DNA of 64,000 bases from Chrysomallon squamiferum. Lineage: Eukaryota > Animalia > Mollusca. A program made the translations under genes and the position numbers. Below, piece by piece: positions 54,159 through 64,000 of this stretch. A model generated the notes under the pieces. That model was not told where the DNA came from. It made no database searches and saw nothing but the letters and a program-made list of their open reading frames with translations. Each line of letters starts with the position of its first letter. Positions within the stretch are counted from its first letter, which is position 1. The stretch covers positions 24,800,001 to 24,864,000 of the forward strand of contig CM022672.1 in the NCBI GenBank assembly GCA_012295275.1, read 5' to 3'.

Positions 54159-54432
54159 GACGTGCTATTCTGCAGATGCACAACTTCTTTGTAAACAGTA
54201 TTACATACTACGTAATTACTTACTTCCTGTAGAGTGCAGTGCACTAAGTGTCTACACTTACTCAGCTTGTACTAACTTATTATTTTACACTCCTAGTCTT
54301 TTCATTCTCTTTGTTGTTCTCTTTGTAATTATCTAATTTACATAACTTACGTCTTTTTGCACGACCATGAACTTTTGATTTTGATGCAAACATTTATTTA
54401 TTAATTTATTTATTTATTATTATTATTATTAT

Positions 54433-54470
<38 letters not shown>

Positions 54471-55016
54471 ATAGCAGTAGTAGTAGTAATAAAAATTAAT
54501 ACGAAGCAAAAATGTATAAACTAACAAACATTATTAACAAATACAATTAGTAATGAAAATAACAATGAATAAATCCAAATGAGCAAAACATGTATATCTT
54601 ATTTATATATCGACAATATTTAACTTAAAAGTTACTCAACCTTAAAAATAAAGTCAACTAATGCAACCTTAAACAGTCTTTGTAATTTTGTTTTTTAATC
54701 TTTTTTTTTTTTTTTTTGTATGTGTTTGAGTTTGTTACAGTTTCAGGAGTAACTTTCTTTGATGCCGACACGAGCAAACAAAATCGAAATTCTAGTTCAA
54801 TCCAAGTTGGCGTTTGTCTGGTGTGCAATTGATAGTGATCGAATTCTCAAATTGGTTTTGTTTGACTAATGAAATATTGACGATGTTAGAGCCGCAGTGG
54901 TGGTCGGGCAGTTGGCGCTGTGTAAACGTCGTGTTTGCCGTAGTCGTCATGTCAACATTCTTCAGTCTTGATATTGATGATGATGATGAATCTTGATAAA
55001 TATTCTCTTGATGCAA

Positions 55017-55022
<6 letters not shown>

Positions 55023-55111
<89 letters not shown>
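55023..55111. repeat. (GA)n microsatellite
   Basis: Pure run. Confidence 0.97.
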
Positions 55112-55115
<4 letters not shown>

Positions 55116-55330
55116 CTTTTATTATTTCTTTTTATGTATATTTTAACGAATAGCTTTATGTATTTCCATAAAGTTATTTTTAACTGGCACTAATTAGTAA
55201 AGAGTAAGTTTTAAAAAGTTATACCTCAGAGAAAATATAAAATTAACTGAATAATATTTTAAAGAAATTTTCAGTTTTTGACATTTTACTGTTTTATTGG
55301 ATGAATAATGATGATTATGACGAAAATTAC

Positions 55331-55362
<32 letters not shown>

Positions 55363-56453
55363 ATTTTTACTTTGTGTCAGAAGGAGAGTTGTTTTTTTTT
55401 TTTACTGTAAGAACTTAATAATAGAACACTGTTTTAAAAATTACACTTCATTTGAGCATAAAACGGTTTGAACCACTCCGTGATATTTGTAAAAACCCTT
55501 TGGCAAGCAGTGTCTGAATCACTGAAGAATATTATTGTAAAGCAGGTTTGTTGTAGAAGGTGGCACCAAACACTTGTCCAGCAGCGAGAAAGGTGTGTGT
55601 TTTGTGAAAATTACCAGCAGTGCCGCGCTCAAACAAATCTTTGTCATGCGTCTGACTACGATCACCTTTGGTGAGTGGAGTCTTTGAAATCAGATTAAGG
55701 ACAAGTTTAACCCTTGGCGAATCATTCACTGGCTCGGCTTTCAGACTTTACAGGTTTCCAAACAAACACCGTCCCAAATGTGTGAGGGGTGGGGACAGCT
55801 GTGCGAGTGAATGCCTCACCCTGGGTCCCTTGGGGATTATGGTCAGGCCCTTGAGGACCACGGAGGAGGGCCGACTCTATCGGGCTTTGATGTGTTTTGT
55901 GAAGCGGAGGGCTTCATTTCTTTAGTGTCGGGTTCCGCATTCCCGTTTCGTGGATGCTTGGGGGACATTCATTTTGCCGTCAGTATTTAGTAATACTGCC
56001 ATTATCAATCATTTGTTCTTTGTCGCGGCACGGGCGGTAACTCTACGGGAATGTGTTTATTATGTTGGTGTCGTCTGCTCGTCTTTGGACCATCGTCTGC
56101 ACTAGTGGGTGTCCAGCTCAGCTATCAAAACGTCATTGCTGTTATTGTTATTCGGCCTCCATTCTGTTATCTAAGTTCCTAGTGTTATCCAAGATTTCGG
56201 ACCACTCCTGTTCGACATAGGTCAAAAGTCCTATACGTCCTGGCATGTTTTCGCCGTCTGCATTCTATTCCATAGCCTCAAGTTCAAAACTACAGATCCG
56301 TTAGCTGTGATTTTCGAAAAAAATAAATGTCAAAGAATGGGTGTAAGCGATTACAATATTTGTACAATTCTCATACTTAAAAAATGATCCGATTTTAGAA
56401 ACATTATTTTATTTTGTTTTATTTTATTAGTTAAATTTTATTTATTTATTTAC

Positions 56454-56496
<43 letters not shown>

Positions 56497-57077
56497 TTAA
56501 CAGAATATGACGGTTATCTTCGCAATTTCAGAACTGAAGATTTTATTTACAAGTATATAAATTTTATTTATGCAAATTTCGTTCTTTTATTAATTTATTT
56601 TGTTTAATATATTTATTTCTAAATAAATAAAGAAAGAATAAAGGAAGAATGACTAGGACAGTATAGATTAAAATAAAAATAAAATAATAAATTTATAAGA
56701 TCAAATAACTTTAAATAAATAAATAAATAAATAAATTAAATAATTAATTTATTAACAAACAAATAAAAATATCAGAACCAAAATCTAGGTGTAATTCATC
56801 AATATTTTATTACCATAAAAAAAAAGAAAAAACGATTTGTTTTGAATTTTTTAAAACTGTATTGACGCTATATAGATTGGTTAAAAACCTAAGACATATC
56901 AGACAGTTTGCGTGTTCTGTAATTCTGTAGAACGACTGATGTCTGACTGATGTTCTCAGATAATATTTACTTCTTCTTCTCTGTCAGTTATTGATTCGAC
57001 GGCGGAGTAAAATAGTAGTTTTACAATATTTACCGGGTGCACGCAGTTACGAACTAATCTTTTACAAATATCATCGC

Positions 57078-57118
57078 GCATAATTTCATTTTTCATGATA
57101 ATATATATGTTTATGTTC

Positions 57119-57173
<55 letters not shown>

Positions 57174-57260
57174 TGATGATGATGATGATGATGATACTAA
57201 TGATGATAATAATAATTATGCATAATTTCATTTTTCATGATAATATATACATTTATGTTC

Positions 57261-57319
<59 letters not shown>

Positions 57320-57320
57320 C
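57078..57320. repeat. 142-bp-period tandem duplication containing (AAT)n
   Basis: gcataatttcatttttcatgataatatata..tttatgttcttaataat starts at both 57078 and 57220. Confidence 0.9.
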
Positions 57321-57440
57321 GTCATCATCATCATCATAATCATAAACAACAAACAACAACAGGTAAATAAATAAATAATCAGCCTCATAGTTTTAATGTT
57401 ATAACTGTCCACCATCATCATCATCGTACTCATTATTATG

Positions 57441-57498
<58 letters not shown>

Positions 57499-60440
57499 TA
57501 TAACAGGTTTTTGTTGGTATGTCTGTATTTACATACATGATATTACACACATTCAATTACGTCGCTCAGCCGGCTAAGATGACGTCTCCTATGCAAGAAT
57601 GTTATCAATAATCTATTGTTAATCCCGGAATTATTAATCATCATTAATTCTGTTTTTATCACGATCTTATAACAGATATATTTAGTCTTAAAGCTGTAAC
57701 AATTTTTTTTATGTCATTAATCTTTCTGATGTCACCAAAGGAGTACCGCACTGTATTACGAAAGGTATAACAATATCTGGGTGTGCAGCAATAACCACAA
57801 GTCGCAAAGTTATTTACTCGTATTAACCCTGCGCCACAGATCGGCACATATCTTATTACTAAGCATGGGATTATGATCAAAACAGCGATAACACGATATC
57901 AAAGAAAATTACAGGTTTAAGGCAAATTACACGAAAGCCGAGATTTACTTTTATTTAAGAAGAATGAGGCAACGACAAAAACACCCCGGCAGCTTCCTGT
58001 GTTAGAACGTGAAAAATTAAATTAATAAAATACCGTGTCGGTTTCTTTTCATAAGCAGCAAGACAAAACGCGACGATAATGTATTCTATTTTTCTGTTAT
58101 TATAGTTGGAATTTAAATGTCCACATTTTCTTTCTTTCTGCTTTTGCTTTAAAGATTCTTATCAGACTCTGCCATCAAGTATTACAATAGAATTTGTTAG
58201 TTTTTTCCGGCAGCCCTTCGCGTCAAGTGTTCACACCCCCTCGGGGCTCTTTGCAGGGGGTAACGCTTGGAGAGTTTATTTCTTTTTGGCAGGGTGAACG
58301 GCTTATGTCCATTCCTTGTAGGGACACAGAATATCGGTAATCCCGCCACAGTATCGGATATTGACAAATCGCAGCATGGCTGTTGAGATCTTTTCACACA
58401 CGCTGAAGTGTCCTGGCAAGTTACTTTTAAGTTTCAGCGCAAAGGGACCGGTATGGAACGAAACCGAAAAGCAGGGAGACGCCACCTGGTGATGGGATTC
58501 TAAAAGCGACCACGCCGGACTTAGTTTTCCATTATGCGTACCATTCATGCACGCAGAACCGAGTCAAAGGCTTATAGCCCTGCTCGGTTGAAAAACTGCC
58601 ACACCTGTCAAATGTCGGGTAATCTTTTCGTCGAGTATAAGCAAACAAACTATTGTTTCACGCTGGCGTAACGTAACAAATGAATGGTTTTGGGTAATCA
58701 TTTGATGCTAGACTTGATCTGGGCTATTTCAGTCATTTCGCGATGTTGACACTAGCGCTTTCTACAGTTATAATAATCTGTAATACTGATAATGTTTGGT
58801 TTTTTTTTTTTTTTTTTTTTTTCGTTTATTATGTTAAAAAAAAATAATAATAAAATACATTTCTAGTAAAAAGATTCGGTATCTTATCAAATCAAATTAT
58901 TTTATTTTGTTTCAAATATTTTTATTTATTTATTTATTTCCATCTATTTTAATTAAATAAGGCTGATGTAACAAGAACTCTAGTTAAAGAACTTAATTTT
59001 ATTTCTGCTGGATGTTGCCAATTATTACTTTAATTTTGTTTGAATTATTTTATTATATTTTATTATTTCTCCTGTATTTATCAGTTTTTGTTATAAATTC
59101 AAACACAGTTTTTAAAAACACATAAACTACTTTTTATTAATTCAGTTTAATTTATTCATACCAACTCCATTAATTTTTGTCCTAAGTTATAGCAGTAGAA
59201 ATATTATATATATTTATCTGTTTCATCCTCATTATTATTTTAAAAATATATTTATAATGAAAGATTTTCTTTCTAAATCCATATGAATTTTTTTATTACA
59301 AATTTACTAATAATATTATAAGTTTTACGTTTTAAAACCTTATCAACTGACCTATGGATTTATTTCTTAGAATAATTATCTTTTTCACAAATAAAATAAT
59401 TAATACTAAGTTTAATTATATATTTAGTTTCAAAAAAAAAATAAATAAAAATAAAAAAAAATAAATAAAAAAAAATTAAAAATAAATAAAAAAAAAAAAA
59501 AATAAAATTTTTTTTTTTTTTTTATTAAACCCCGGTTGTTATAAATTACATGTACGTATAGCTACAATTTATACGAAGACAAAAATCTATGTATATGTAA
59601 TCTGTACAATAACAGTTTTTATTTTTAATTTTACAAAACCTACGGCATCACACCTATAACTATTTGTCTTTTACCAAGATACAATATATTCTGATTACAT
59701 CTAAAATGAAGAAACTTTTCTAAGTCCTTCCAGAATCCTTGTTCGCTGGAAATCTTAAACTGCTTTATCTTCATTTCTGCCAAGAATAAGGTAACGGTTT
59801 CACACGTACCTCGTGGAAGGGAAATGGAAACAAAGCCATATAAACCTGTCAGGAAACGTTCTGGATAGTTCTTATCAAAGAACACAGTGTAAATATGTTG
59901 TTTTTAATCTGCGTAACCATAGCTACAAAGACAGGTGTGAATCGCTGATAAAATTTCATTGTGGATTGTCGGGAACCCGTTTTAATATCTGTTGATGCTT
60001 AAAGAAATTATTAAAACTGCGGCATATAATACAGCTGAAAAAAATACAGTAAAATCAAGTAATATTTAAAAAATGAATAAGATCTTTAATATCAGTAAAT
60101 AAATATCTTTTATAGCATTGTAAAAATTTAGTTGTTAATTAAATTTTATACATATCGTTATACTTATTTTTCGTGTATTTATAAATTAAAAAAAAAAAAA
60201 AAAATGTTGTTTTAGAAAATTTAGTTTTTGTTGGTAATACGTTTCAAAATATTTTTTATTTCGATAACTTTATGTAGTATATTATGACAGATAATATCAT
60301 AAATATTTGAAAATGCCAGCTTTAAAGGAATTTCCCAGAGCGATATGAATTTAAAAACGAACATAATAATAAATAATACCTATAAAAATATTAATGTAAG
60401 TATCATCTATTTAAAAAAATTCTTCAAGTCCAAAACTGTT

Positions 60441-60478
<38 letters not shown>

Positions 60479-61821
60479 GTTATTATTATTAGTATTATTA
60501 TTATTAATTCAGTTTTAATTGTTTTAAATTAAGAAAATTAAAAGAAATCAAAAGAAATCAAAATTAAAAAATAACCTATTTATTTTATATTTGGTTGTTT
60601 GCTTTTTAAAACAAAATCAGTTTAATTATATTTAACATTGTAACCGCTCGTTTCTCAGAACTTCAAATTTTATTTCATGTACGAAATTTTATAATTCTGT
60701 GACTTCAGTTACTGTCTGAAAAAGTGTAATGCAAATGCAATTGTGTCTATGTGTCTGTGTGTCTGTGTGTCTTTGTGTCTGTCTCTGTCTTTCTGTCTAT
60801 TTATCTATCTCCATATTTCTATCTATACAAAATACCACTACCATCAGCACTATACCAACAACAACAACAACAACAACAATAATAATAATAATTAGTAATA
60901 ATGCACTGCAATATCCGCAGTTATGTAAACAAATTATTTATTTACGTTACAAAGTATGTACCTAATAAAAACCAGCTGATAATATTATACAAGACAAATT
61001 ACATGGAACATTTTTTTTTTTTTTTTTTAATTTTTAAAATCCGAAACATTTTTTTTTTATATATATATAATAATGATTTGATTTTATTTTGTTGAAATAC
61101 TCTTTTTCAAATGCACTGACGTAAATTTAAATTTGTTATATATTACTTCTTCGTCGTGCCACCGCCAGGATTTGTTTCGAATTAAGTTAATTCAAATTAC
61201 AATAACTCTGGGTCATTCATTATTCTGTCAAGAAACTTGGAAATAAACAGAATTGGTTTATATGGCCACGTGCAGTGTTTCCGTGCCATGCGCCGATGTA
61301 TTAACACAGTCGGGCAAAGTTTAGAATCTTTAGAAATGCGTCGGCCATATTTTAGAAGAATCTTCTTAAACTTTTTTTTTGTTAAACTGCAGATTAATTC
61401 TCTGTTGGGAGTGTTATTTCAGTTGATTTATGATTTTCATTAAGTCGAGAAAGACTTATTAAATCATTAGATTATTCAGAATTAGTGGGTAGCGTGCCAA
61501 GCGAAGTAAGCTGTTACAATAGTAATTTAAAGTTAATTTGTATATACACGGATTTGTTTTTGAAAATTAATTAATTAGTTAGTGGAAATAGTGAAACCTA
61601 ACAATCATCAGAATATACAAAAGAAAAGAATATTAAAAATATTTATGCTGTAACATTTTGCTATGATTAACAGTTTAATTATAATATACAGATTTCATAA
61701 TTATAATTTTGACTAAACAACAGCAACAGAAATGACAGCAACAACGATAATAACAATAATAAAAAGGGACACACAAAAACAACAACAAAACAGAATCGAT
61801 ACCCCCAAAAAATCCCAGTAT

Positions 61822-61885
61822 CAAACAAACAAACAAACAAACAAATAAATACATAAATACATAAATACATAAATACATAAATACA

Positions 61886-61952
<67 letters not shown>

Positions 61953-61953
61953 A
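61822..61953. repeat. Compound (AAAC)n-(ATAAATAC)n-(AAAT)n microsatellite
   Basis: Direct reading. Confidence 0.9.
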
Positions 61954-62624
61954 TGTATTCTGAAATATGGAAATAATACACCCTATCAAGTCATAAATTA
62001 TTTAATATTAAAATGAAACCTGTGACTGATATCAGTGTAAAGTGATGTATTAATTATAACAGAGTGACAGACATAATTAATTATTATGTACTCCAATAAC
62101 AATTAATTAATATAAACGCCTGTCCACAGAAATATATTTATTTATTTATTTGTTTGTTTGTTTGTTTATTTTTTTTATTTGGTTGTTTGTTTGTGTGTTC
62201 GTTTGTTTGTTTTGTTTATTTGCTTGTTTGTTTTGTTTTGTTTGCTTTTCACTTATTAGTTTAATATTTATTCACGACACGAGACACTGAAAACCATTAC
62301 GTGGCTTCCCGATATTAATGTGTTCAAAATGGAGAACTTGTGGGAAAGCTTTCAAACCGCCTCCTTGTCTTTGACACAAAAGATTCACATTACCACGAGA
62401 CAACTCGACTAAATGCTGCGTCCATCTGGGACTGACCGAAACAAGACAAACGGACATGATGGTATCATTACACGATGCCTATTCCCCTCTCAACCGCGGT
62501 GATCGAGACTGGAGATTACAAAACGAGGCACTTCCTGAACAATTACTGTTACATCCGGTAGCCGAGGGTTTGGACGAGAAGCCGGACGCGCAGGCGTGAT
62601 GCAGTCTTCTCAGATTCACCGTCA

Positions 62625-63031
62625 GTTTGTTGTGTATGCAGTATATTACCACAGACAGTTGTGTGTTTGTTGTGTATGCAGTATATTACCACAGACAGTT
62701 GTGTGTTTGTTGTGTATGCAGTATATTACCACAGACAGTTGTGTGTTTGTTGTGTATGCAGTATATTACCACAGACAGTTGTGTGTTTGTTGTGTATGCA
62801 GTATATTACCACAGACAGTTGTGTGTTTGTTGTGTATGCAGTATATTACCACAGACAGTTGTGTGTTTGTTGTGTATGCAGTATATTACCACAGACAGTT
62901 GTGTGTTTGTTGTGTATGCGGTATATTACCACAGACAGTTGTGTGTTTGTTGTGTATGCAGTATATTACCACAGACAGTTGTGTGTTTGTTGTGTATGCA
63001 GTATATTACCACAGACAGTTGTGTGTTTGTT
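62625..63031. repeat. 40-bp minisatellite, about 10.2 near-identical copies
   Basis: Unit gtatattaccacagacagttgtgtgtttgttgtgtatgca repeats head to tail; the only variant I see is A>G at 62920. Confidence 0.97.
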
Positions 63032-64000
63032 CGCGTGTAACACACACACACACAATCGAACGTTTTTCAAACCATAATCTACATCCGTTACAACGATAAT
63101 TTATTTATTTATTTATTTGTTTGTTTGTTTGTTTGTTTGTTTGTTTTTTGTTTTTTTGTGTGTGTGGTGTGTGTGTGTGTTTGTTTGTTTGTTTGTTTAT
63201 GTCCGAACTTATTTAATGAATTTTTTACTTGGTATTTTTTTTATAATGTAATTTTATCAGCTTTTAATATGCGTGTAAAATTTCCGATAATTCAGCTGTC
63301 GAAAGATTCATTTTGATAAAATAACATATATAGTGCGGTTCAAAATATGTAAATCTAAGATAATCAATCAAATCTTATCTTTATTATTAATACTACTACT
63401 AGTATTATTATAATCATTTTCATGAACATCATTATTATTATTATTATTGTTTGTTGTAGTTGTTAATAATAATATTATTATCATTATTAATTTTATATAC
63501 AATGTTGTTACTGTTGTTTCAATTCGTGTCAGTTTCACGTCGTAATTACAAATGCCAGAAAGTTGACATATGGAAAGTCGCAACATTACAGATAAGAAAA
63601 GAATTGTGACAAACATTTACCACAGTTTTTTTGTAATGCTGTCTGGAACTTGTAAAATCTTACATCTGGTTCTCGAACACCAGGATCACAATGAGGTTAT
63701 TTTTCACACGTAACATCGTTATTTTCCCCATTGCGTATATAGATGTCGATATCTGCCTTTTCTTTCTGTACTTCCAAGCCAGTGTTTATAGCGTGAATAT
63801 CTATGAAATTTGTGAATTTACTGCTTCGTTCTCTGTATGTTAAATACAGCACACTTCGCTTACTGAAGAGCTGTGTATTTGTTTGTTTGTTTTATTTTTT
63901 TTTTAAATAGTCACGTAGGACATACATAATTACGTACAAGTTAAATGCATATTTGCATATCTACGTATATACATTTTCATATATGCAAAATATTTAATTA

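Noticed and set aside
58438-58578. Phase-compatible acceptor (gtttcag) and short open frame as the next Lhx2/9 exon
   Set aside because: The translation has no homeodomain similarity and ends in TAG; unsupported without RNA data.
62596-63099. Three overlapping Cys-rich ORFs, and a possible CRISPR-like array
   Set aside because: They are translations of a 40-bp head-to-tail minisatellite; there are no unique spacers, no cas genes, and the context is a eukaryotic intron.

Overview
AT-rich, microsatellite-dense eukaryotic DNA with GT-AG introns; an invertebrate animal, probably a mollusc or other lophotrochozoan (inference only). Three gene models can be read. (1) A complete 7-exon minus-strand gene (coding 5586 to 2643; 1272 nt, 423 aa by my manual splice reconstruction) for a small secreted mosaic protein: signal peptide, TSP1, EGF-like, CCP/sushi, Notch-type EGF, HYR, CCP, Cys-containing tail, i.e. 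a miniature SVEP1/uninflatable-like architecture. (2) A tandem paralog of that gene, missed by the ORF track, whose signal-peptide/TSP1 exon lies at 1-125 and runs off the left edge. (3) The 5' part of a plus-strand LIM-homeobox gene of the Lhx2/9 (apterous) family: a probable first coding exon (38872-39015) behind a double CCAAT promoter, the LIM1 exon (47363-47571) and the LIM2+NLS exon (52011-52354). I found no homeodomain exon, so it presumably lies beyond 64000. About 33 kb between the genes is an apparent gene desert with recurring short CpG-rich islands (candidate enhancers). Nearly all other ORFs in the track are microsatellite artefacts. No prokaryotic features, CRISPR arrays or intact transposon ORFs are seen. 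The most promising novelty is the tandem family of small secreted TSP1-EGF-CCP-EGF-HYR-CCP proteins; the regulatory observations are motif-level inferences.
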